Shown here piece after piece: positions 25,941 to 39,459 of a stretch of 64,000 nt of DNA. Within the stretch, counting starts at the first letter, position 1. The number at the start of each line of letters is the position of its first letter. A program made the position numbers and the translations under genes. Source of the stretch: Octopus sinensis. Its lineage: Eukaryota. The notes under the pieces are model-generated. The model had not been told where the DNA came from. It searched no databases and saw nothing but the letters and a program-made list of their open reading frames with translations. The DNA is taken from NCBI RefSeq assembly GCF_006345805.1, contig NC_042999.1, positions 43,400,001-43,464,000 on the forward strand, read 5' to 3'.

Positions 25941-27892
25941 CGCCCCCCCCCCACACACACACACACACGCACAGCACATCACATCAGCACCACTGCCGAC
26001 TTCAAACCCTGTTCACCCACCCCGCCATTTCTCTGGAGTGGCAATATAACAGTTATAGTAATAATGGTTGTCTGTCAGTCTGTCTTGTGTAGGATGATGA
26101 TGATGATGGAACGGCACTGAAATTACTGTCACTTACAAGATACTATGATTAACAAAACAAAAAAAAACTATTGTCAGAACTCTGAAATTGAGGGACACAC
26201 ACACACATACACAATATTCCCAGTCGCTCATCATGACTGCCCCCACCCACTCCCATCCCAATACACACTCTCCAAGACTCAAGCACTCAGCGGCAATCAA
26301 AACAAATTAAATAAATAAATTAATGAGTGTAGAGGAAAGAACCCTTCAGTTTTCTTTACCGCCAGGGACAGTGGAGGGTGGCACATGGTTGATGAGATGA
26401 CAATTATGATGCTGATGATGATTATGATCATCATCATCATCACAATCACCATTACTAATAATATTTACATGACCACTATCGTTATCATCATCATCATCAT
26501 CATCATCATCAATGAAGTCAATTTCACAAGCCAACAAGAGATTCTCTATGCGTATACCTGACCTACTAGAAACAGCAGTTCTATCTCTCACAAATCACAC
26601 CTTCCTACAATCTTTAAAAAAAAAAATTTAAAATAAAAACACACTGGATAAAGTGAGCCAAGATACACAGTCTAAGACCATGTGATGGTCATGGTTGGAA
26701 AGTTTTATGATCACAGTTTACCTGTGTTTAAACAACAACAAAGTCACTTTCAACCAATATCGTTCATACCCTTGTGGCGTGTGTACAGGTGGGGGTGGGG
26801 GATATTGATTATTCCAAAGACTATAAACTCTACATCCAAATTATTCACCAGTGTGTTTATTTACACACCTCAATGTTACACCACATCACTGAAGAGACAA
26901 CATCAGAGGATCTGCATGGTCGGTCAACCTACGAGAAATATCAAGCAGCTTCCTTCAAATACACCTTACAATTCATAAAAGAAAAGAAAAATAAAAACAC
27001 ACTTTGCATTCATATATATCATTATCAGCAGCATTTTATGTCCACTTTTCCATGCTGGCACAAGTTGTTCAGTGTGTCTAAAGCAATGCTTTTAAATCCT
27101 AATGCCCATCTAGTTGCCTTTCATTATACACAAGGATGCAGCATAACTTTTCTATAACAGAAATCGGCAACCTTTCTTGAGAAGTGGGCCACATGAGACA
27201 TGGTTTGTTATCAGGCAAGCTGCACTACTAAACAAAAAAAAAAAATCATGGTAATTTTTCATTAGGCATGTCATTCAGAAAGTCCCACAGGCTGTAGGTT
27301 GCCTATGACTATCCTAAATGATGCAGTTGAGGCCATCCATCTCAATGCTCTATCCTCAAGAAAATCCATCAATGTAATCAAATGAAACCCTTAATGATAT
27401 TTTGTTCTCTTATATAAGACAATGCAGCTGCTATGCACACAAACATTTCTGATGGCACCTAAAAAAAAATAGGCACTCTCTCTGTTTCTAATCAGTATTT
27501 CATTGATCATCATTTAACATCTGCTCTCCATGCTGGCATGGGTTAGACGGTTTGACTGAAGCTAAAAAGCCGGAGAGCTGCATCTGGTTCCAGTCTGATT
27601 TGGCATAGTTTTTATGGCTGGATGCCCTTCCTAACACCTACCACTCGAGGAGTGTAATGAGTGCTTTTACATGTCACCAGCACAGGTACCATTTTCATGA
27701 TGCTAGCAACAACCACGACTACGATGCCCAGGTGCCATTTACATACCACCAGTAGCAATCATGCAACTATAATATACTACCAAATATATTAAAGGCTTAT
27801 ATGTCAACACTGTGTTCCACTTGTGTTAGCAATGCATATACACCCATTACCTACTTTTCTATCTTCAATCACCTTGTTTACACAGACATATT

Positions 27893-28216
27893 CATCATCA
27901 TCATCATTTAACGTCCACTTTCCATGCTAGTATGGGTTGGACAATTTGAATGAAGTCTGGCGAACCAGATGGCTGCATCAGACTCCAATATGATCTGGCA
28001 GAGGTTCTACAGTTGGATACCCTTCCTAACGCCAACCACTCCGAGAGTGTAGTGGGTGCTTTTACGAGCCACCGGCACGAGGGCCAGTCAGGCAGTGCTG
28101 GCAACGGCCACGCTTAAATGGTGCTTTTTATGTGTCACCTGCACAGGAGCCAGTCCAGCAGCAATGGCAACGACCTCGCTCGAATGTTTTTACACATGCC
28201 ACCAGCACGAGTGCCA
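27893..28216 (-). mobile_element. SINE family C
   Basis: Reverse-complement match including the (GAT)n tail. Confidence 0.8.
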
Positions 28217-29360
28217 CTATGACTATAACTAGAGAATCACTATCAGAATAATTTTAAATATTTGTCATAAACTAATATCAGCTAAACCAGGTTTGCTTTC
28301 CAAAAACCTTCACTATAACATGGTCCTCAAAAGAAAATTCAGACAAGTGGTAACTCTACCCTAAAATGGACTGACTCCTTGAGCAACTATGCAAAGTGCA
28401 AGATTATCCGAATGCAAAATAATAAAAGAAGTTAAATGATCAAATACAGAATGTATCAGGCTATTTGCTCATAGAACAAGTGTTCAAATCCATTGCAAAT
28501 GTTTTTATTTTGTTGTTGGAGTAGAATGAACGCTTATTTCTATCACATCTCACTTCTCATATTTGCTACAGCTAATCAGTAACAGAATTAATTATGCAAA
28601 GTGAAACATCTGATTACATTATTGCACTTGTACTAATTGAAGATTATCATAAATATTTGATTATATATCCTTTTAGATTCTCAGTTCAAATCCCATCAAG
28701 GGCAACTTTGCTTTTCATCTTTTTGGGGGTTAATAAAATAATACTAATATGTTGGCATCACCCATGATCAACTATTGCTCTCTCTCTCCCCCAAATTCAT
28801 CACTGCCCTTGTGGCCAATAAAACATTATTAGTTTTATTCTAGCAGTGAATTGGTATTATTGCTGTAGCATCAGACAAAATGCTTTATGGCCCTTTACAT
28901 TTGTAGTTCAAATTCAACCAAGTTTAACTTAGCCTTTCCTCTCTCTGGAATCAATAAAGTACCAGTCAAATACTGGGGTTGACGCACTTGACTAACTTGC
29001 ATCATACCTTGTCCTTAAATGAGGAATAAAAAAAAAAAAAAATTATCGTTGTTGCTTCAACAATAGTTCTTTCAAGAGAAAGTGGATGAGCATTTAGCTG
29101 GATTAAAAGTCATACTGCATTTTGTTACATCTCTTTAAATTATGTGTTCAAATCCCACAGGCTGAGCGCCATTTTATTCTTCCAGGTTTGATAAAATAGA
29201 GAATCAGTCAAGTACTATGGCTGAGCTAATTAACTCAAGCCTTCCCTGCAAGATAGAATGAGTCAATGTAATGTACTGTGTGCTGATATTAAAAATCATC
29301 CTTGCTCTTTTTATTACTGAGTGCCTTGTTATCACTGATTGCTTCTTTGCTCATGTGTAT

Positions 29361-29394
<34 letters not shown>

Positions 29395-29878
29395 ACAAAC
29401 ACAATCATGACAGTCCTCAAGTGTCACATTAATACCATGCTAGGGATTGGCTACACAAGCACTTTCTGTATTATATGGATACTGTGAAGTAAGCCAGTCT
29501 CCTAATACTGTTTAATTTTGGAAACATAAAAGATTTTCAACACACATACATTGTGTATTAATTTCATTCATCATCCACTATCATTTAATGTCCATTTTTC
29601 CATGCTTACATGGGTTGGACAGAATTTGTTGAGAGAGATTTTCTATGACCAGGTGCCCTTCATTGACAAGCACTTTATTTTATCAGCCCCAAAAGGATGG
29701 AAGATTAAATTGACCTCTATCAGATTTGAACTCCAAATATAAAGATCCAGAATATATAGTGCATGGTATTTTTTTCTGGTGCTTTAACAATTCTGCCAAT
29801 CCACCGTCAAAATAATAATGACAGCTTCTGATTTAGGCACAAGACCAGTAATTTTTAGGAGAGAAGTCTTGTCAATAC

Positions 29879-30306
29879 CATACAATATAATACCTATTTC
29901 TTTACTACCCACAAGGGGCTAAACACAGAGAGGACAAACAAGGACAGCCAAACAGATTAAGTCGATTATATCGACCACAGTGCGTAACTGGTACTTATTT
30001 AATCAACCCTGAAAGGATGAAAGGCAAAGTCAACCTCGGCGGAATTTGAACTCAGAACGTAACGGCAGACGAAATACCGCTTAGCATACAATATAATACC
30101 TATTTCTTTATTACCCACAAGGGGCTAAACACAGAGGGAACAAACAAGGACAGACATAGGTATTAAGTCGATTACATCGACCCCAGTTCGTAACTGGTAC
30201 TTAATTTATCGACCCCGAAAGGATGAAAGGCAAAGTCGACCTCGGCGGAATTTGAACTCAGAACATAGCGGCAGACGAAATACCGCTTAGCATACAATAT
30301 AATACC
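29879..30306 (-). mobile_element. Tandem dimer of 5'-truncated SINE B, 206-bp period
   Basis: CATACAATATAATACC occurs at 29879, 30085 and 30291, separating two SINE B bodies. Confidence 0.9.
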
Positions 30307-30857
30307 ATCAACCCTAGCACTGGGCTGGTGCTTCATTTTATTGACTTTGAAAGGATGAAAGACAAAATTAAACTTGGTTGGATTTGAAGTCAAAATGTAA
30401 AGAACTGAAACAAGTATTACAAAGCACTTTTATCAATGATCTAGCAATTCTGCCAGCCCACTACATTAACCACCCTTATAACAAACATTGTTCATAATAC
30501 AGGTACAAAGCCACAAATTTGCAGGGAGGGGTTAGTCAAACTGAGCGCAATACTTTCAACTGGTACTTTATTTTATCACCCCTGAAAGGACAAAAGGCAA
30601 AGTTAACCTCAGCAGGAAGTGAGCCTAGAATGTTAAGAACCAGTACTAAAAGCACAAAATAATTGATTACAAAATTAGTATTGTACACTAAAATTTTACT
30701 TTACACTTACAGCTAGTAGAGGTGGCTAGTAGAGGATTGTACCAAAGTAGTCAAAATTTAACTGCTGCAGTAAATATTTGCAAGCAGTGCTTTCATAGAA
30801 TACAGCAAATGTCAATTCTGTACTTTACTAATACACAAGGCTTAATATGTGATTGAG

Positions 30858-31215
30858 GATCAGAATCGAAATCGATCAATGGAAATTGCAGATGTGTTAC
30901 CAGTGCTGGTGGCATGTAAGAGAACCAACCGTTCGCGACCGTTGCCAGCGCCGCCCCGACTGGCCTCATGCCGGTGGCACATAAAAAGCACCATCTGTTC
31001 ATGGCCGTTTGCCAGCTCTGTCTGGCACCTGTGCGGGTGGCACGTAAAAAGCACCCACTACACTCACGGAGTGGTTGGCATTAGGAAGAGCATCCAGCCG
31101 TAGAAACACTGCCAGATCTGACTGGGCCTGATGAAGCCTTCTGGCTTCACAAACCCCAGTTGAACCGTCCAACCCATGCTAGCATGGAAAATAGACGATG
31201 ATGATGATAATGATG
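30858..31215 (+). mobile_element. SINE family C (second subfamily)
   Basis: Three subrepeats, V-like motif, tail; near-identical to 33591-33907 and 52866-53016. Confidence 0.8.
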
Positions 31216-32151
31216 AAAAGTACTCACATTCTATCAAACTTGAAAGAAAAAAGTAACTTTGGGATAAGTTGAAACTTATAGCCAAAAAAAAAAAAAAGAA
31301 AAAAAAACAGATTTGATGAACCACTAAGAATTCACAAAATAAACAAATATGATAAAAATTCATGATAGGTGTAAATTTTAGTTCTTTCATCAAAGAAAGA
31401 AAATATATATATAAAAAAAAAATTAACATTTTGTCGAGAGCAAAATCAACTGAAAAATAGCTACACCCAAATTCTTTCATTTAACAGGCATTATATGCCT
31501 CTCCCCAGCATTTTACCATATAAACAGTGTAAAGATTTAAGGTCAGAATACTTATAACAGACAGCTATGGTTAATACTGTCAACAGCTCTGATTTTCTAA
31601 AGTTTAACGTATTGTCAACACTGTTTTATTGCCCAATTTGCCTTGCTTGCATGGGTCAGATGGAATTTGTTGAAGCAGATTTTCTGTGGTTGGATGCCCT
31701 TCTTGTCACCAAAGGTATTTTCCTCCATGGTAAGACGTTTCCACAAAAGATTGGAAATTAACACCACTACATGTATGATGTCATACACCCACACACATCG
31801 TCAGTAGTTCATATATCCAAAAAAGAAGCACACTATAGCAGTAATGTATATTTTGTAGGAAGTTATGGACGGTCACAGAGTAACCATTGGTTTTGACAAG
31901 TTGCCCATACCGCTAAGCACTTTATAGGTGTGATACCAATGGTCATTCTATGGACGGCCATGATTTTTAACATCCTAAAAACAAATATATACACACACAT
32001 ACACACAGTGAACCTGAGGTTATAGTAGAAAAAAAAAAGCATTTGCCCGAGGAGCTGTGCAGAGGAACCAACCCAAATCCATGTGGCTGGGAAGCAAATG
32101 TTTTTAACATATTCACAAATAATATTTATAAGTAGGAGGAGAATGAATGAT

Positions 32152-33051
32152 TTAACCTTTTAGCATTCAGATAACTCTGTCAAATGTTATGCTTGTAAAA
32201 AGCACCATTTGAGCATGATCGTCACCAGCGTCGCCTTACTGGCACTTGTGCCAGTGGAATTTGGAAAAACAATCGAGCGAGGTCCTTGCCAGTGCTGCTG
32301 GACTGGCTCCTGTGCAGGTGGCACATAAAAAACACCATTTGAGCATGGCCATTGCCAGAACCGCCTGACTGGCCCTCGTGCTGGTGGCACATAAAAGCAC
32401 CCACTACATTCTCAGAGTGGTTGGCATTAGGAAGGACATCCAGCTGTAGAAACTCTTCCAGATCAAGATTGGAACCTGGTGCAGCCATCTGGTTCGTCAG
32501 TCCTCAGTCATATCGTCCAATCCATGCTAGCATGGAAAGCGGACGTTAAACAATGATGATGGTGATTGTCTTAAATTAATCACACGCTATCTCATAGCTT
32601 CAATATTTCAATAATGTACCCATGCTAGCATGGAAAACGGATGCTAAATGATGATGATGATGATGATAGTTAATTTTTAAAATAACAGTGTAGGATAGGT
32701 GTGAGAGGTCAGATTTGGCTGATAAGAACATAAAACCAAATAGTGTTTATTTTTAGAAGTTGGTCTGAACATAAAACAGGTAGAATATTTAGGCCAGATA
32801 CAGTCAGTTTAACTACTAAAGGTTTAACCCTTTCATTACTGTATTTATTTTGTGATGCTCTGTGTTTCTTTCAATTACTTTAAATATAACAAAGAATTTA
32901 GTAAAATAACTTAATCATCTTTCAGCTGGTGTTAGGAACATTAATTGTGACTAAGGTTTGGTGGAAGATTTTAATTCAAAACTTATGAAAACAAGACAGT
33001 TGTACTCAGAGCCAGAGCTAGTTTCACCCGGGTTGGTAACGAAAGGGTTAA
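32152..33051. mobile_element. MITE D with two SINE C insertions, abutting MITE family E (32824-33051)
   Basis: D termini at 32152 and about 32823; E is TTAA|CCCTTTCATTAC ... GTAACGAAAGGG|TTAA. Confidence 0.75.
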
Positions 33052-33551
33052 ATAATGCTCAAGAGTATTTATCACCAACTGTCCTACTAAGAGCTTCTTC
33101 ATTACAAAATTTACATACACCAAACTCACCTAGACATGGTTTTATTCCTATCAGTATAATCATCTAAAAATATCACTATTGCTTCATGGCTGAGCTGCTA
33201 GTATCAAGAAGGGCATCCAACTGTTAAAAATACAAGCTACATTAATTCACTTACTAATAATAAGCATTTAAGGAAAAAAATAAAAACTTTAAAAAAAGCA
33301 TTAATGCAAGCTCAATGTTAACTGGCTAAACAATAATTAGCTAGAGTAATTATGTTATTACCAGTGTTCAATTTGGAGGCTTAAAAGGGTTAACTTATCG
33401 ATAAGATCCATTTAGTGTTGCAACATGTTGAAAATTAAACTAAATAATTACGATGTTAAGGTGATAATATTTGAAAACAAAATACTGCAACTTCAAGTAG
33501 CAATAAAATTTCAAGTAGCAATAAAATAAACCAAAGTTAATTTCCTGCTTT

Positions 33552-33590
<39 letters not shown>

Positions 33591-33593
<3 letters not shown>

Positions 33594-33907
33594 CCCCCGT
33601 GTCGGTGGCACGTAAAAGCACCATCCGTTCGTGTCCATTGCCAGCCTCGCCTGGCCCCCGTGCCGGTGACACGTAAAAGCACCATCCGTTCGTGGCCGTT
33701 TGCCAGCTCTGTCTGGCACCTGTGCGGGTGGCACGTAAAAAGCACCCACTACACTCAGAGTGGTTGGCGTTAGGAAGGGCATCCAGCCGTAGAAACACTG
33801 CCAGATCTGACTGGGCCTGACGAAGCCTTCCAGCTTCACAGACCCCAGTTGAACCGTCCAACCCATGCTAGCATGGAAAGCGGACGCTAAATGATGATGA
33901 TGATGAT
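33591..33907 (+). mobile_element. SINE family C, young, inserted in (TA)n
   Basis: CpG-rich intact copy with (TA)n on both sides. Confidence 0.85.
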
Positions 33908-34408
33908 ATATATATATGTACGCGCGGGCATGGCTGTGTGGTTAGGGAGCTTGCTTCCAAGCTACATGGTTTCGGGTTCAGTCCCACTGCGTAGCACTTT
34001 GGGTAGGTGTCTTTCCACTATAGCCCCGAGCCAACCGAAGCTTTGTGATTGAATTTGGTAGGCGGGAGTTACTGCCGTGTGTGTATGTGTGCGTATAGCT
34101 GCTCAGTGCCTCTCCAAAAGAGAGAGAAGGAAAAATGATGATGAATATATATATATATATATATGCACACACATACATACAAACATACATATAAACTCAT
34201 CACTTTTTAACGTCCACTTTTCCATGCTTGTAGTGTGTGTGTGTGCGCGCGTACATGGCTGAGTGGTTAAGAAGTTTTTTTCCCCCCCCAAACACATGGT
34301 TTCAGGTTCAGTCTCATTGTACAACACATTGGTAAGTGTGTTCTACTATATCTCATCTGACCAAAGCCTTGTGAATGAATTTGAGACAGGAACAGAAAGA
34401 GGACCCAC

Positions 34409-34475
<67 letters not shown>

Positions 34476-34484
34476 TGTGGTACT

Positions 34485-34960
34485 CAGTAGCATAACTAGG
34501 GTTTGCAGGAGGGTGGCACATGCCTGGGCACCGATTGAAGGGAGGGGGGGGGGGGCAGAATTGACCATAACATGATAAGCTTGAACTCCATAAAATTGCA
34601 ATTGCAAAGATGGATCCCCAGCTTATTGCTTATTGTTTTATGCTGTTATTGAAGGTAAACGCAATATGATGGGTGTCTACCTGAACAAAATCTGTGTTAA
34701 CGAGACCAGAGAAACTCTTGGAATTCATTGCTCAATATAGAGATAACGTTTTTCCAAATTTGTGCATGGGCCTTCAAATACTGCTCACAACAAACAGGTG
34801 TATGAATTGCAAGTTGAGGTTAATCCTACCTTATTTGTGGGCATCAATGTCACAAGACTGCATGCATGGCCTTGCTCTTCTGAGAGACAAACAAAACAGA
34901 TTTTGAAGATATAACCGATCAATTTGCCTCATCAAAAGCAAGAAAGATGAGACTTTAAAC
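34485..34960 (+). mobile_element. hAT transposon relic (C-terminal dimerisation domain)
   Basis: ORF 34694-34906 FPNLCMGLQILLT...KLRLILPYLWASMSQD...GLALL matches the hAT dimerisation pattern; CAGTAGCATAACTAGGG at 34485 resembles a hAT TIR. Confidence 0.65.
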
Positions 34961-35892
34961 AATTGTTTGTTTGTTTGTTTTGTTTTTTATTACATCTCAT
35001 TTCATACATTAGGTTTCTTTAATGTATCAATGGGGAAAATTGGTACATTAAACAGTTAAAATAAAGTTTCGTAAAAGTAAACATTCAAAAAATATATTTT
35101 GAACTAGCACTATGACCTGGCAATGTTTCTTATGGGAAGGAGAAAGGCTTTGATGATTGAAACTGGATGCACTGGCATCATCATCATTATTATCATTATT
35201 ATTATTATTATTAAGGCGATGAACTGGTGGAAACGTTAGCACACTAGGTACAATGCTTAGCAGCATTTTATCCATCTTCACGTTCTGAGTTCAAATTTCA
35301 CTGTGGTCAATTTTGCCTTTCATCATTTCAAGGTCAATAAATTAAGTACCAGTGAAATACTGTGGTTGATGTAATCGACCAGCCCCTTCTCCACAAATTT
35401 TAGGCTTTGTGCCTTTAGTAGAAAGGATTATTACTATTATTATTATTATTACTAACTCTTTTGGGTTAAGATGAGGAGGGTTCCAGTTGATACAATCAAT
35501 GGAACAGCCTGCTGGTGGAATTAATGTGCAAGTGGCTAAGCACAGCATTATACAGAATGTCACAGAATGTGACAAATACAACTCATTTTTGGCAGCTGAC
35601 TAGACTGGAGCAACTTGAAATGAAGTGTCTTGCTGAAGGACACAACCAACCAGACCCAATATTATTTAATGTCCACTTTCACATGCCTGCAAGGGTCAGA
35701 CAAAATTTGTTGAGGCAGATGTTCTACAGAGGGATGCCCTTTCTGACACCAACCTCCACCGGTTTTCAAGCAAGGAAATATTTCCCATGGCCAGACATTT
35801 TTCATGGAAGACAGAATACACACGCTTGTTTACAACCATCACATTAGTTCAAGAGAAAGACATGTACACACAACGGGCTTCCTCACAGTTTC

Positions 35893-36110
35893 TTATTTCT
35901 TTATTGCCCACAAGGGGCTAAACATAAAGGGGACAAGGGGATTAAGTCGATTGCATCAACCCTAGTGCATAACTGGTACTTAATTTATCGACCCCAAAAG
36001 GATGAAAGACAAAGTCGACCTCAGCGGAATTTGAACTCAGAACATAACAGCAGACGCAATACCGCTAAGCATTTCGCCCGGTGTGCTAACGCTTCTGCCA
36101 GCTCGCTGCC
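35893..36110 (-). mobile_element. SINE family B with target-site duplication
   Basis: Flanked by TTCCTCACAGTTTCT and TTCCTCACAATTTCT. Confidence 0.85.
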
Positions 36111-38579
36111 TTCCTCACAATTTCTGTCTACCAAATCCACTCATAAGATCAGCCTGGGACTATATGAGAAGATGCATGCCCAAGATATCACACAGTGGGA
36201 CTTTATATGGATGCAAACTATTCTGTCTTCTCATTGATAAAAGGGAGGAAGCAAAAAAATGTCAGGGAGGGGCTGGTATTCATCAGTTAAAGAACCACAG
36301 CTCTAAAGAACACTACTGATGTCTATACCACACATTCCCTCAGCTTAGATATACTGTGCATTCTTACTGCAAAATTCAATTCAATAAAACTGGTGTAAAC
36401 TATGAGAAGAGAATTTGGGTCAGAGTCCTCTCCTTGTCAAAGGAAATGCAATATGGGTTAAAAGTTTGCAAGAACACTCTTAGCAAACTTACCATTTCTT
36501 CTTTGACAAACAGAACACAAAATGCCAGTCATGTTAGAATTCCCTTCCCATGGCAAATCAACTTGTTACACATCATGAACCTTAAAAAAAAACTGATTCA
36601 TTGTTTTACACATATTGCCAGCACATTAAGTTAATGACTACATCAGTAACAGTACCAGATTCTTAAAATTAATTTTACTTCATTTGTCTAACGAAAGAAA
36701 CAGACACTTCTAGATTATAACACCTTTAACTCTTCAGCAGCAAAATTAAATTTCATGATTATTTCAGTAATGATGTTAAATATCTACCAAAAAATAGAAT
36801 TAGTGTTTTCTGCAAGTCACGCTGCCTCAATGCATTTGACATATCTCAAACACAAAAAAAAAATAGTTCAAACATGACATTCCTCAACAAAAGATAGATT
36901 GGTATATAAAACTGCTTTCTGCAGTTAAGCATAATGAAATGTTGAACAGATATATCTGATTTCCAAAGTAAAAGAAAGATTAAGGGTTTTAATCCCCTTT
37001 TGTGATAATATTTTTAACAAGAAAATACTAACTTTGTAATTCAATCAATTTTTCAAAATACTCAAGATTTTAGAGAATTTAGTATAATACATAACATTTT
37101 TATTTATCAGTTTCTTGTTTTGAATACAAACTTATCACTTTACAGCCAATTTTTTATGCTACCATGGATTGGATGGATCTTGTCCATCACACTGTATCAT
37201 CTTACACATATGATAAGAAAAATCAAACTTTGTTGCTGTGTATGTCTTACAATGCGCACCAGATGCATTTTCTTTCTCTTTTTTTTTTTTTTCATTATAC
37301 CACAGACACTACAGCAATCATCGCCTGCAGGACTACAGAGACGCCTCTAATCTGTATCAACTATATTTAGAGTTGCTGCTTTCTTTGATGTGTAGTCTGT
37401 GCCACCCTCCTTCCCCCACTGCAGTCCATTTTATAATACTGTCAACTAGGGTCCTTCGCTTGACCATGCCACCCACCAAAATTCTTATGTAAAACTATGA
37501 CAACATTTATGTATCAGCATCTCACAGTATTCATGTAAATAAAGAAATTTTGCACATAGAAAGCACCCAGTACACACTGTCAAGTGGATGGCATTACAAA
37601 GAGCGTCCAGCCATAGAAAACATGCCATAACAAACAATTGGGGTCTGGACAGCTCCCAAGAAGCCAGCTCCATGTCAAACCATCCAACCCATACCAGCAG
37701 GGAAAGAGGACATTAAACAATGATGATGAATTTTAATTTAACCCTTTTGATACCAACCCACATGAGACTACCAATGATTCTATGATACAAACTTTCAGAT
37801 TTATTAAAATTTCATGTTTATTTCTGTTCCAGACACCACCTTCATGTCAAAATCAATTGAAATAAAGGTAATATATTTCAACAGAAATTTGTAAACAAAA
37901 GGGTTAAATATTGCTTCAAATTTTGGCACAATGCCAGCAATTTTATGGGGAAGGAGTTACACTGACTCAGCACCCAACTGCTACTTTATTTCATCAATCT
38001 CAAAAAGGATGAAAGGAACAAAATAACCTCAGATCATAAAGAACTGAAATAAATGTTGTTATGCATTTTTGTCAGATGCGCTAATTATTCTCTCAGCTCA
38101 CCTTGTATGGGTTAAGTATTGGTTTCAAATTTTGATACCAGGTCAGTAGTTTCAGAAGAGGGCTAACTCGATTACATTAACCCACAGTGTTCAACTGGTA
38201 CCAATTTTATTGGCCCCAAAAGGATGAAAGATAAAGTCCGCTTCAGCAGAATTTGAACTCAGAATACAGAGACAGACAAAATGCCGCTAAGCATTTTGCC
38301 CAGTGTGCTATCAACAGGTTCAATATTAACATTTTAATATGACCAGTCTCAGGTATCTTTATACTGCTATGCAGTTGAACAACACCACTTGGTCTTAGAA
38401 ACATTCAGCAGAGTCCGCTTTATTGCAAGCATTTGGGCTAAGGTTCCCATCTGACAATAAGTTTTACCTTTCTTCCTCTTACCAGTCTCTGAGACCCTGG
38501 AAAAAGGCACAAGTACTGCCTGTCTTACTCAGATTAAGCAATAAAAAAAAAGGACAGGGTAAGAAACAATTGGTTCTAC

Positions 38580-38905
38580 TGGCTCTAGTTCAGAGGTTAG
38601 AGTGTTGGGCTCACAATCAAGAGGTAGTGAGTCCAATTCCTGGGCTAGGCTGCATGTTGTGTTCTTGAGCAAGACACTTTATTTCACATAATGTTCAATC
38701 AGCTATAGAAATGGGTTGTGACATTACTGGTGCTAAGCTGTATCAGTTTTTACCTTTCCCTTGGATAACATCAGTGGCATGGAGAGGGAAGGCTGGTATG
38801 CATGGCGACTGCTGGTCGTCCATAAACACACTTGCCCAGACTTGTGCTCAGGAAGGGAACTTTCTAGGTGTACTCCTGTGGTCATTCATGACCGAATGAA
38901 GTCTT
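38580..38905 (+). mobile_element. tRNA-head CORE-like SINE family G
   Basis: GGTTAGAG...GAGTCCAATTCC head and GTGTTCTTGAGCAAGACACTT core; second copy on the - strand at about 47655-47935. Confidence 0.7.
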
Positions 38906-39459
38906 TACCCATTTATTGAGACACCAAGATGTCTTCAGATACCATATTTGCTTGAGTATAACGAGATTATCATCATCATCAGTTTAAATATCCACTTTTC
39001 CATGGGTCAGACAGAATTCTGAGGCAGATTTTCAATGGCCAGATGCCCTTTCTTGTTGCCAACTCTCACTTGTTATCAAGTACGGTAATATTTCATTATG
39101 GCCAAACAGGTTTTGACAAAATATGTGAAATGAATGACACTATTTGTATGACAGCAACCTTCATTTACTACTACCACACTATGTCAAGACAAGGAGAGGC
39201 AAAACACACACACAAATATACAACAGTCTTCTTTCAGTTTCTATCTACCAAATTCACTCACAAGGCTTTGGGTGGCCCAGGGTTATAGTAGAAACTCTTA
39301 CCCAAGGTGCCACACAGTAGAACTGACCCAGAACTGTGAAGTTGGCAAGCAAACTTCTTAACCACACAACCATGCCTGCAACCAGTATTGAATACAGTAG
39401 AACCACCAAATTTGTAACTAAAACTCAATAGCATATTCTATCTTTTGTCTTATTTTTTT

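Noticed and set aside
29879-30306. CRISPR-like repeat-spacer pattern
   Set aside because: The spacers are two homologous SINE bodies, the context is eukaryotic and there are no cas genes.
31128-31160. CTGATGA / CTGACGA in the SINE C subfamily as a hammerhead
   Set aside because: No GAAA after stem II; the bases belong to a simple hairpin (ACTGGG...CCCAGT).
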